From Penicillus capitatus (taxonomy: Eukaryota > Plantae > Chlorophyta): a DNA stretch of 64,000 nucleotides. The notes beneath the pieces are model-generated. The model had not been told where the DNA came from. It did no database searches and worked only from the letters and a program-made list of their open reading frames with translations. The translations under genes and the position numbers were made by a program. Positions 47,275 through 57,684 of the stretch are shown here, in pieces; position 1 is the stretch's first letter; every line of letters starts with the position of its first letter. Where the stretch lies: the NCBI GenBank assembly GCA_965649825.1, contig OZ287697.1:372001-436000 (forward strand), written 5' to 3'.

Positions 47275-48018
47275 ATGGCACAGAGTTCTCGACCATCGCC
47301 GGAGACAAAAGCTCATGCATCACCGCCACTTACACAAGGTGCGCGACGTTCACAAACACACTTAAGCAACGCAGAACCGTTCATCACAGAGCATTGCACA
47401 ACCATCGCTCGGCATCCCGGAGAGAATTACATAGAGAGTTTTAAATCGCCCAGCTGCAGTCCTTGGTGCAGCCGGATGGTCACATTTGTGCTCACAGACC
47501 AAAGACTCGTTGTCAGAGAGGAGGTGACGGTGCCATGCTGCACGATGAGTTATACAGAAGAGTTCTTTCGCCTAAAGGACCTGCAACATATCTCTTTGAG
47601 CAAAGCTGGGATCCCCTTCATCTCTTCAATGTCCCTGCTACCTCTCCTTCTTCCGTTTTCCCCATACGGATTGGGCTTTTATCTCTTTGTAATCGGAATC
47701 CTTATCGCTGTTTTTACTTCTCCCGTCGCTGGTATCATATGCATTCTTTTTTGTGCCGCCCTCGTATCCATTGTCCTTGGTCGCAGTTTCTGTTGTCCAA
47801 GCGTCGAGGTTTCTGTTGATTTCTATCGTAAAGAAACTGTGAGATCATGGCTTTCAGAAGTTGTCGATATGCCCATCGTGGGGTTTTTTGTCTATCCATT
47901 CAGGGAAGGTAGCTTCACAAGCAAAACCATCAGATTAGATACTAAAAACGCTCACCAACTCGTCCAGCTTCTGTATGGTCACCCTCTGACGCAATACGCC
48001 GAAGACAGAACTGTCTGA
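47275..48018 (+). CDS. Membrane-hairpin PH/GRAM-like family member P8
   Basis: RHPGENYI..LTDQRLVV..EEFFRLKDLQHIS..TM helices..VSVDFYRKETVRSW..GSFTSKTI..LYGHPLTQYAEDR. Confidence 0.8.
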   Translation: MAQSSRPSPETKAHASPPLTQGARRSQTHLSNAEPFITEHCTTIARHPGENYIESFKSPSCSPWCSRMVTFVLTDQRLVVREEVTVPCCTMSYTEEFFRLKDLQHISLSKAGIPFISSMSLLPLLLPFSPYGLGFYLFVIGILIAVFTSPVAGIICILFCAALVSIVLGRSFCCPSVEVSVDFYRKETVRSWLSEVVDMPIVGFFVYPFREGSFTSKTIRLDTKNAHQLVQLLYGHPLTQYAEDRTV

Positions 48019-48702
48019 TTCCATGAACTATCTTATCTTATTCAAACATGGCGCAACGCTCTTATCTCACTGTTCTGCTGTTACTATTGCAAATGAACAT
48101 TTGGCTTTATTGGTGTTATCGACACATCTGATTTTTTTTGTTTTGAACAGACGGATAGAGTTATTCTGTTTTCGCGGCTCTGCTCACGCATACCACGAAC
48201 AGAGTCACTCTTCTGTCGAAGCAATGGCGCCGAAAGTGGTGCGTGGATAAAAGAGGGCTCCTCTGTCAGATCATTCTGTATGCTTGGCCGATCTTGACAG
48301 ATCAGCGCTTTTTTGTCGGAAAATCTATGTATTGTCTGCAGTTTGGTAATAATGCACAATGGAACAAGATTTCACATGATGTCGTTGAAAGATTTTAACA
48401 TGACTCTTGGCCGTTTGCGTCTAAGTGCTTTTGCTTTCGAGTGCATGGCAAGGAGGTGAGTATCACAAGGTACCACAAAGGAACGACAATCCTGTTTCAT
48501 CTAAGCTTCGACATATCCATCTATCTTTGCAGGTTTTGTTACTCTGCAGGTAATGTTTCGTCCAAGAGACTAAAAACAAGCCGCAAGGCGAACAGACGAC
48601 ATCTGCAGAGAAGGCTGTTGATGTGAAGGGTCCACACATGTATTCATACACAACCAGACAACCGAGTCGAGGATTCGGTCAGGACAGCCAATTCATACTT
48701 TC

Positions 48703-50067
48703 TCACTCAAAAACATGAAAAACAGATGACAAGATTTCATTTGAGAGAAGGAACCCCTCCGGATCTTTGAGACGCATCCGAAAAGCCTCTCCCTCTTCTC
48801 CTTTCCACTCGACCATCAATCTCGACTCTCGATCGATGCATTCGATCAGTCCTTTATTGAAGTAATCTCTCAGCACCGACAACAGATTCTTCTCAGCTTC
48901 CTTCCCATACATATCACGAAACGCATCCAATGCAATGCCATCTCTCAAACGCAACCGTAGCATGACATCCTCCAGCACACACTCTTTCTCCTCAACAGAA
49001 GACGGCGATGTATCCGTGGCGTGCATGGATTGAACCCATTCCGCGTATGGTTTTATCTTTCCAGGCCTCGAGATGCGTTGTCCAGCTGTGTAAGAAGCGG
49101 CTCCCATTCCAAATCCGTAATACGGTCGATGCGTCCAGTATGTCATGTTGTGTCGACAGCGATGACCATCTCGGGCGTAGTTGCTGATCTCATAGTGTTC
49201 ATATCCAGCCTTACGAAGCAGATCCGATGCCAGAATGTACATCTCTGCTGAGAGATCGTGCGAAGGCAGAGGGGACATTTCAGGTTGGTATCGACGCCCA
49301 AAAAGCGTTCCCTCCTCGATCTGAAGATCATAGACCGAGATATGATCTGGTCGACACTCGACTGCCATTTCCAATGATCTCTGCCACGACTCCAGTGAAG
49401 CGTGCGGTAGACTTGAGATCAGATCTAGGCTCCACGATGGAACGTCAGTGGACTGGATGTCGCGTATCGCCTGCCAGACGTCTTCGAGTGTGTGAGACCT
49501 GCCACACAGCTGAAGTGTCACATCATCGAAAGCCTGTACACCCAAACTGATGCGATTGACTCCCAGGGAAAGAAACTGACTCAGCTTGTCGCGATCAAAG
49601 GTTCCTGGATCCGCTTCCATGCTCATCTCCACGTCCTCCTCTAAGCCAAACCGCTGCTGCAGTGTATGGACGATGATTTCGAGTTCGTGAGGAGAAATGA
49701 GAGACGGTGTGCCGCCTCCGAAGAAGACGGTCTCTAAGGGACGCTCTTTCGCGGATGCCGTGTTCTGTATCTCTTGGCAGAGCAAAGCGACGTAATCCGA
49801 GACCGTTTTGTCCGTCGCTGCCGTTGCTCTCGATCCGAGCACGTGAACGGGAAAATCACAGTAGTGGCAACGTCGCTTGCAAAACGGAAGGTGCACGTAG
49901 GCACTCCTGGGCACCCGTTCCGCTTGGTGGACGGTATTGTCGCAAGGGGTCGCCTCCTGAACGTAGCATCGTCGTGTCGCCGACGTCGCAGAGTGTACGC
50001 GTTCGAATGTCGCCGAACCAAACGCATGCCACGATCGAGACGCGGGCAGGCGAGCAAACCGAATCAT
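48703..50067 (-). CDS. hemW: Radical SAM heme chaperone HemW/RSAD1-like (HemN family), organelle-targeted
   Basis: YVHLPFCKRRCHYCDF (CxxxCxxC), FFGGGTPS, YEHYEISNY and HNMTYW (HNxxYW is characteristic of HemW); transit-peptide-like N-terminus; single open frame. Confidence 0.88.
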   Translation of the reverse strand: MIRFARLPASRSWHAFGSATFERVHSATSATRRCYVQEATPCDNTVHQAERVPRSAYVHLPFCKRRCHYCDFPVHVLGSRATAATDKTVSDYVALLCQEIQNTASAKERPLETVFFGGGTPSLISPHELEIIVHTLQQRFGLEEDVEMSMEADPGTFDRDKLSQFLSLGVNRISLGVQAFDDVTLQLCGRSHTLEDVWQAIRDIQSTDVPSWSLDLISSLPHASLESWQRSLEMAVECRPDHISVYDLQIEEGTLFGRRYQPEMSPLPSHDLSAEMYILASDLLRKAGYEHYEISNYARDGHRCRHNMTYWTHRPYYGFGMGAASYTAGQRISRPGKIKPYAEWVQSMHATDTSPSSVEEKECVLEDVMLRLRLRDGIALDAFRDMYGKEAEKNLLSVLRDYFNKGLIECIDRESRLMVEWKGEEGEAFRMRLKDPEGFLLSNEILSSVFHVFE

Positions 50068-50596
50068 GTCTTACGGGAGCATGACAAACCTCTCTCTCCA
50101 TGGCCATAGACTTGAACGCCGGCGGTATCCTCGCAGGTCACGTACCGGGAGATCTCTCGAGTCGGCAAAGTGGAGCGAAGCTCGGCAGCAGTCGATCCGT
50201 GAGATCGCAGGTAGTATGCTTAAATCTCTCTAGCGCCTACGGCGCTTTCGTCTATCGGCTGACTTGCTAGGTGTTAAAAATGATGGTGAAATCCGAAGGG
50301 TAGATCCCAGAAGACGTTCTTTGATGCACATCGACATGTACGGAATCCTTTGCAAAGAGATAGCTGTAGATGTTGCTCTGGGATATGGCTTCTGGGCGAT
50401 ATCCCCTGTCGACGAGGCTGTCGTCTCGGTCTTCTCACACCGTATCCACTTCCGCATCCGACGCTGCGACTGCTTTGACTGTGAGATCAACAAAACGGCA
50501 ATGCGAAAGGCTTATGTTCAAGGCGTCGCACTGTCGGTCAGGATGTCGTATGACCAAGAGTTGGTGTGTTGATCGTGTCTGGGTAGAGGTCCCCGC

Positions 50597-50861
50597 TGTC
50601 GCCAAGATTTTCATTGGCGATGTGACTGTCTCGTTCTTGAAGGGGCGCGTTTGTGTTGAGACGCTTGTTGTCACGTCAGAGGCGTTTCTGTTCTGTGAAG
50701 GGGTCTATTTCTCTGGCTCTGCAACGAGCTGACTCATTTGCCTAGAAAGTCTTTTCATCATGCGCATACTTAATCAGCGATTCGAACCATTCCAGACCTT
50801 GCTCTGATTTACTTGTAAGACTTCCGCTGTTATCGTTTCCGTTCGGCGCGTCCGCGCGACA
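50597..50861 (+). repeat. 5' LTR
   Basis: Read base by base, identical to 52122-52386. Confidence 0.95.
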
Positions 50862-51018
50862 TGGTTTCGGAGCTGAGATAACGCTCCTCAGTTTGAACTC
50901 CGTCTCAGTGACGTTGCGCGCGTGCTGTGTGCACTAAAAAGCGCCTTACTTTGTGGAAGTCGAGTCCTGTCTAGACACGTTCTAGACATACCTAGGAATT
51001 TCAAGAGTCAGTTGCAAA

Positions 51019-52059
51019 ATGAGTCAAGCACGACGAGAAAGAAGAACGGGGCAAGGTCGGTGGGAGGAAAACAGAAGCGGGATTTACGGTATCTACGGAT
51101 GCCTCGAAAGTTTCCTCGTCTACTGTCGCGAAGACGAGGGGCTCTGCCCCAGACTTCGCGGGCGGAGAACGTGGATATTGCCGGATGGCTGGTCCAGGAC
51201 AGAGGACGAGTGTTTCTTGGTGGATCTCCTCGACATGTGCGATTTTGTCCACTACGTTTGCCCACGGCTGCAAGAGAGGCGCGAACTGCGAGAAACGACA
51301 GGACGGTTGCGCGAGGAAAGAGAGAGGCTACGCCAGCAGGTGGCGACCCTCGAAGCAGAAAAGGAAGGGTTACGAGCGACGCTCAAGATGTCTGAGGCAA
51401 GTGCTCTTGCAAGGGGACTGTCAGTCGGGGTCTTACAGCAAGAGGTAGCCGAGGCGACAGCAGAAAATGAGCGGCTCTCAGGGCTCAATACGCAGTTACA
51501 ACAAGGCATTGTCGAGGCACAGCGAGACGCAAACGAGGCACGCGTGGAAGCCTCCTCTACTCATGAGAAGCTTAGAGAGACTGAGACCGCCTTCGCAGAG
51601 GCAGAGAAGAAGTTTATTTCGGCACCTGATTTGGTGCCATGTCTACAGTCACTGGCTGACGAGGTGAAGACGCTACAAAGGGATGTCAGGACGACAACCG
51701 AGTTGATGGCGAAGATACCAGAGGGGAATCGACGAAGTGAAAAGACTTTGCAACAGATGAAACGAGTATTGCACGACGTTGGGCGGTACCCGCGGCGACG
51801 GCGAAGAGAGAAGACGGCCGACGCGGCAGACGATGGCAGAGGAGCCATGAGACGCGGACGGATCTGCTACAGCTGTCGATGTAAGGGGCACCTGGCACAG
51901 AATTGTCCGCAAGTGCGGGCTACAGATATGGTTGAGTCATCGAATCCGACGACATCGGATTCGCAGCAGAGAGCGGGGGAACCGAACACAGAAGCATCAT
52001 CATCCTCGGGCTGGACCATCTTCTCGACGCTGCGACGATTCACCTCGGGCATAGACTGA
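51019..52059 (+). CDS. Retroelement ORF: long coiled coil + CCHC zinc knuckle (Gag-like)
   Basis: 346-aa intronless ORF between the LTRs; heptad-rich segment ~aa 85-240; CYSCRCKGHLAQNCP = CX2CX4HX4C. Confidence 0.78.
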   Translation: MSQARRERRTGQGRWEENRSGIYGIYGCLESFLVYCREDEGLCPRLRGRRTWILPDGWSRTEDECFLVDLLDMCDFVHYVCPRLQERRELRETTGRLREERERLRQQVATLEAEKEGLRATLKMSEASALARGLSVGVLQQEVAEATAENERLSGLNTQLQQGIVEAQRDANEARVEASSTHEKLRETETAFAEAEKKFISAPDLVPCLQSLADEVKTLQRDVRTTTELMAKIPEGNRRSEKTLQQMKRVLHDVGRYPRRRRREKTADAADDGRGAMRRGRICYSCRCKGHLAQNCPQVRATDMVESSNPTTSDSQQRAGEPNTEASSSSGWTIFSTLRRFTSGID

Positions 52060-52121
52060 TTTCATTGTGCTGTTTTCGCGGAGGCTTTTTGACTGTTTTC
52101 GGAGTTTGGCGGGAAGCGTGG

Positions 52122-52386
52122 TGTCGCCAAGATTTTCATTGGCGATGTGACTGTCTCGTTCTTGAAGGGGCGCGTTTGTGTTGAGACGCTTGTTGTCACG
52201 TCAGAGGCGTTTCTGTTCTGTGAAGGGGTCTATTTCTCTGGCTCTGCAACGAGCTGACTCATTTGCCTAGAAAGTCTTTTCATCATGCGCATACTTAATC
52301 AGCGATTCGAACCATTCCAGACCTTGCTCTGATTTACTTGTAAGACTTCCGCTGTTATCGTTTCCGTTCGGCGCGTCCGCGCGACA
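52122..52386 (+). repeat. 3' LTR
   Basis: Identical to 50597-50861. Confidence 0.95.
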
Positions 52387-52863
52387 CCCGCATCGCGGCC
52401 ATTGCGATTGGCAAAGGGATCTGCACCAAAATGATGAGACGCAAAAAGAAGCGCATCCTTACCTTCTTTGCCTTAAGAAAAGCGCATGTAAGGTGTTTAA
52501 AGGTGAAGCAGCAGAGAGTTGCTTGCCTCGAATGGGTGTGTTCGCCGTTGAACGGCACAAGTAGACCAAAGTTCGAGCAAAGATGTGAGAGACGGGATAT
52601 ATTTGAAGAACAAATGCACTCTCCTCTAACGTCGTCGAGTTGAAGGTTCCAACTGAAGAGCCTTCCTAATCGCGTATGCCTCCGTAAATCCCAACATGTG
52701 TTACACGTTTCTTCAAAGCAGAAACATTGCAAATTTGATCAATTGGTACAAAAAAAATCCCACACGTTCCGTTTTCTCGACAGAGAAAACTGAAATCCCG
52801 CCTATGTACATAGAAAATGCACGGCGACGAGAGAACGTTTAAAAAATTCCTTTTCTCCTGGCT

Positions 52864-54471
52864 TTACTCCGTAGTCATTTGACTTCTGGGAGTAATGTGA
52901 AACCACATTCCATTCTCCACCCGAATCGCGATTCCATTTCGACTGTCATCCATCAGCTTGTCAAACGGAACTGTCAAAGAAAATTGATAGGCGCCCAGCA
53001 GACGGATGAGGGCCACTCTCATTTCCAGCATCGCCAGCTTCTGTCCTGCACAGTCTCGCGGTCCGTAAGCAAAGCCAAGATAGTAACGCTGCGAGATGTC
53101 TTTCTCTTCCAGCCACCTTCCCGGACGGAAAACTTCTGGATCTCCCCATTCGTCTTTGGCATCCAGCCATCTGTTGCCAGGAAATGACAAATATGTCCCT
53201 TTTGGAATCCGATAGCCCAGAATCGTCATGTCGCACGGAGTTTCACGCATGGCGCCCGTGAGGACATACGCCATTCTCATACTCTCTTTAATGACGGCTG
53301 CGAGATAGGGCATCTCTCCAAGATCTTCATAAGATACCTTCTTCGCTGCTTCCCCGTACAGTCCGCGGCCTTTGAATTCCTCTAGGAGAGTCTGCATTGC
53401 ATCGGGACAAGAGGCGAGAAGGGCCAGTGTCCAGCAAAGTTGATGTCCTGTCGTATCCATACCAGCTATTACTACTGATGCAACTTCCCCCCTTAGTCTT
53501 TCGAACTCCAGTGGTTCTGCCGCACTCGGATCAGCTAACTGTTTCAGACCAAACCACAAGGGCGTCTCTCCATCTGGAGGATCGTCGCGGGAGAGGATGT
53601 CTCGTGTCAAGCGCACCCACTCAGCCGTTAAGGCGTGTAGGGCTGCATTATCCTTCTGAGCTTCGGCGCAGTGTGGGAAAAGCTTGCATTTGAGTCGTTT
53701 GTAAGGATTCGTGAGACGATCAAAGGCAATGCAACTAGCCTCGTTCAGCAATTGACAGAGTGTTCTACTTCCGTCCAATCCTCCCAGATTCGTCTCGAAA
53801 GCCACGATGCCGATGGCGTCGAGCGTCAACCGAATGCAGAGCTGCTGCATGTCGATGGGGCCTCCTGTCTTGCGATGAGACTCCAGGATCTCCAACATCT
53901 TGTCCAAGGCGCTGTTCAATTTCGGGACGATGCGCTTGAGATGGCTGCCGAGGAAAGCAGAGGCGTAGACGCGTCGGATCTTCTTGACATAAGGTGTAGG
54001 ATTTGGGATTAAGAGCATCAGCCTCTCTGTCGGGTCGTTTCTTGTTAACTACATACAGAGCATGATGAAGAGGATAAGCTAGGGTAGAGAACTCACTGTC
54101 GAAAAAAGCTGAAACACACTTGCTCTTGGTATGTCGTTAGACTTAATCAAGGACTTGGCAGCGTGAACGTCGACAACGTCGACGTAGGTTGCCCCAAACA
54201 GGTTTAACTGCCGGACAGAGATCGCATAACGTTATCCCGTCGACCTTACGAAACTTGCCTTCATGATCTTAGGGTAACCAAGGTCTTTAAAGAATTGCCC
54301 TTTGACACGCGTCACTTCGTTTTTCGTCTTTCCGTTCACGAAGTAAAGTCCGTGCCCGATCAGCGGCCATTCGGGCGGAGAGGGTATCTTGTGTACGTCA
54401 TATTTCCAGCGTGCCCAGGCCACACGAGCCAACACAAAGAGCACCACGCAGCTCAACAAATAGAACAACAT
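52864..54471 (-). CDS. Cytochrome P450, copy 3 (502 aa, 3 exons)
   Basis: Exons 54471-54259, 54207-54097, 54048-52864 (1509 nt). AGMDTT, ESMR, PGRW (PERF-like motif altered), FAYGPRDCAG; GC-AG intron 1. Confidence 0.93.
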
Positions 54472-55097
54472 TTGTTGTATAACAACAAATAAAGAATCAG
54501 TTAACGCATTCATTCCCCGTAGAATAGATATCGATTCTCTACTGCTATAGGTTCTGCTTTTGACGATCCATCCAGCCAGAAACGCTCAGCTTTTTGCAGC
54601 TGTTGCGATGGTAGTTGATAGCACCACTGTCTCCTTTGGCAGATGACAGACTTCCTGCTTAACAGCCGTCGCGTCACGGTCATGGCTATTTGTCGACGAC
54701 ACCGTTGCCATGATGCCTCCTCCCCTTCATTTTCTGCCGAGAGACACATCTCTCGCGAAATGGGAGTAAGATGTATGGACTGGAAGCTGTGCGTGGGTTG
54801 CCTATGTCGAGGCGTGGTTTGTACCGTACACTTCGTGCACAGGATCTGACGCCTTTTGACGTCTGTCTAATAGCCTGAATTCGTCGACCTCCGGCCATCG
54901 AGATTCGCTCGTGAGATTCGTTCCCGTCGACGTGGGATCAAATGATGTTCAATAAAAAGTTAAAGGGCAGGTGCATTTGTCCTGCAAGTACAGCAATCGA
55001 TAAGTCCTCTCGGAAATCAACACTCGACAACGGGCTATGGACTTCAAACCTGTGCATAGTCGTTCAGGGATGGTATTGTCCAGATCCTGTTCGACGA

Positions 55098-55900
55098 TTA
55101 TGTCCAAACTCCGCAGATACAATGCGAAGACGTCGCACTTGGGCGCTGGCGATGATACTCGATCGGTTCGATCGGATGGTCCCCGCGATGATCTGCATCA
55201 TGACCACCTGACATGCGCCTTCCACGCAGAGAACCGTGCGCAAAACGATCTCTGAGACAATTCCCACCCGTCAGCTTCGAAACGCGCACAAGAATCCGCA
55301 CCTACCGATCGCGCCTCTCGTGAGGATGATGCTCGTCTGTCGAGTCAAGGCTACGCGTGCGATGGAATCTCTCACTCGGACGCATGTCGCCACCATGCTT
55401 CGCGCGTTCAATGGCTTCTCTCTGTTCAACTCTCGCAATTGTCGAGGACCAAGTGTCAAGAAATGCGTGGTCGACCTCGAAGCGTCTCGTCAGGGCGTCC
55501 AACTGACGTCGCTGTTTTTCGATTTCTTTCGACAAAAAGACGCGCGTCGTCGCGTCCGTCGAAGCATGAAGGCCGTTTTCCATCTCGGCAATGAAATCCT
55601 CTATGTTCTTTTTCTCAGCGAACTGACTTGGACTCAGGCGCAACTGAGGTGCAAAGGCCTCGCACCATAATCGGCGTTAAGTATTGGCCTCACGTGGAGC
55701 TTCTCGTGCAGTGCCTCCTCGACGAGAATATCCTTTTCGTCCTTTCCTCTTCGCTGAGCCAAAACGATCTCGCGAGGACAGGCGTCGCCGAAAATGCTGC
55801 TCTGTTATGCATCGCTGTGAAAAGGGCCACGATGGGCAGAACGTATAACTCGCTGTGATTGGGTCGCATCGCCTTTGGTTGTCTTTTCCGTCCCGCGCAC
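55098..55900 (-). CDS. Hypothetical protein with coiled-coil segment; model uncertain
   Basis: ORF 55302-55643 (KKNIEDFIAEMENGL..LSKEIEKQRRQLDAL) is protein-like and is preceded by a GTGAGG donor near 55690; no family recognised. Confidence 0.33.
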
Positions 55901-56069
55901 CTCGCGTTCACTCGATTCCATGGATTTATGGCACCACAGAGGTGGCACAAGTCTAGCTGGATACAGGCCCGTCCCGTGACGGATTCCATGTCGCGTTGTC
56001 TGAGTGGGCACGACGCAAGCAGCGCTCGTTCAACGTCACATCACACGAAACCGAATAACATACATCATG

Positions 56070-57649
56070 TTAGACATCCGAAAACAGAGAAGCGTGAACC
56101 CGAGCCTGCCAAATCACGAGATTCTCGCTGCCTTGAATCTCGACTGAGATCGAATCGGGCAGGAACCAAACGTCACCACAGCTGCAGCGCACAGAGGTCT
56201 CTCCCTCAAGTGCCATCTGGGATCGTCGTTGCACAAGCGTGCCTTCCCCTCGATAGACCAACAGCAGCGATGGCCCCTGTATCGCAACGCTTAGATCTGT
56301 GGCAGAGAGGACGTGGCGACATGGTTCGATGGGATGGTGTAGGGATCCTCTCCGACCGAAGGTGCGATTCTCCGCACTTCAAATTCTTCAAAGGGTGGTC
56401 GATAGACAACAGCACCTTCTGCATCTTTCTCTCCTTTCAAGATGGTCGGCATTCCCTTGAAGATCGATTCGGTTATGAGTATGTGTATGTCTGCGAGAGA
56501 TGCATGTACCATAGTGTATGTCAATGAGTTGCAGAGGACGGTGGTGTCTCTGAGTTTGGGAGTCAGTCCAGCACGGATGACGTTGTCCGATGTGGCCATA
56601 CATTCCACAATGTCTCCTGCGATGTATGCATGTGGTTCGTTTGCAGGAAGATAAATCGCTTCCCCTGGCTGCAGCTTGACATGATTGAGAAAACACGCTG
56701 CCAAGATACCGATGTCTTGCGGATACTGTGCATTCAACCTCATCAACAGATCTTCCTTTTTGCCTCGATCTTCATCTCTCTTCTGGGAAAGCCGCTCCGT
56801 CAGAGCAGCGATGGAAGCTGAGGTGATCTCGCTGGGACAGAGCATCAATTCTGTAAACAGCTGACGCAGTACCTAGAAGGAGATTGGTGTGGGGACGACG
56901 AGAAAGCGAGATCTACATGCGCATGTGTGACGGGTGCGGCGAGAGACATGTTCTGTAAAGAGGTCTCCTGAACGCACTGCTTCACTTCGGGAAACTGCTC
57001 AAAGGCGCTGGTTATCTCCTCGAAGGGAGCAAATCCACACAGTGCTTCGAAATCTGTCAAGGCGATCGCCATCTCTGGCTTGTGATTCGGATCTTTGTAC
57101 AGCTAAGATCATCTCACACTTCACCCAATCCGGCACATATTGCCGTCAAACCTCGGGATGTTCTGCGTGGAGTTGTTCAGCTAAGGCCTTATCTGGATGT
57201 GACTGAATGGACAGGGCTGTTCTCACTGAGAGAACCTGTACTCAGATGTCATACCATGTCCCAGGTGTGATCGAACCTTGAACAGGAAAGGCAGTTGATT
57301 CTGAAAGCGTTTTTGTACAGCCGATCCCAGAGACTCTGGATGTTGTTCAATCCACGCTTGCAGCGTCTCGCCGGTGTCTGCCAGCGAAGAAGGGCCGTTT
57401 GGATGTGTCCCCATCCTGTAATGTACGATCGTATACGGTCCATGCACATACGATTCGAACCAAAACTCGGCATACGGTTGCGTCGAGTCGACATCGTTGA
57501 CGTCGTGATTTATGCCAAAAAGCTCGGCAACCTGTGCGTCCATATGATCATACGGACGTATCGCGTTGTACGGCGAGATTGTCTACTTCGCTATCCGGCG
57601 GATACTTGCCCCAAGCATAATTTTGCGCGACACATTTGAGAGGCAACAT
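56070..57649 (-). CDS. PMI: Mannose-6-phosphate isomerase, type I
   Basis: [70 protein letters not shown] and [26 protein letters not shown], across several introns. Confidence 0.93.
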
Positions 57650-57684
57650 GACAAAATGACAGAGAGCACGAGACATCACAGCAT

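Larger units (their letters stand above)
50597..52386 (+). mobile_element. Non-autonomous LTR retrotransposon, 1,790 bp, no pol
   Basis: Two identical 265-bp LTRs with TGTCGC...GCGACA termini; 5-bp TSD CCCGC (50592-50596 / 52387-52391); PBS-like TGGTTTCGGAGC at 50862 (vs iMet TGGTATCAGAGC); purine-rich GGCGGGAAGCGTGG at 52108-52121. Confidence 0.93.

Noticed and set aside
48703-50067. Oxygen-independent coproporphyrinogen III oxidase HemN
   Set aside because: The HNxxYW motif (HNMTYW) and a short N-terminal region before HxPFC indicate the HemW/RSAD1 subfamily rather than catalytic HemN.
1425-57649. Secondary-metabolite biosynthetic gene cluster (P450s, hydrolase, sulfotransferase, ADC synthase, radical SAM, PMI)
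   Set aside because: No scaffold-forming enzyme (PKS, NRPS, terpene synthase). ADCS, HemW, PMI and SSIII are standard primary-metabolism genes, and proximity is explained by high gene density.
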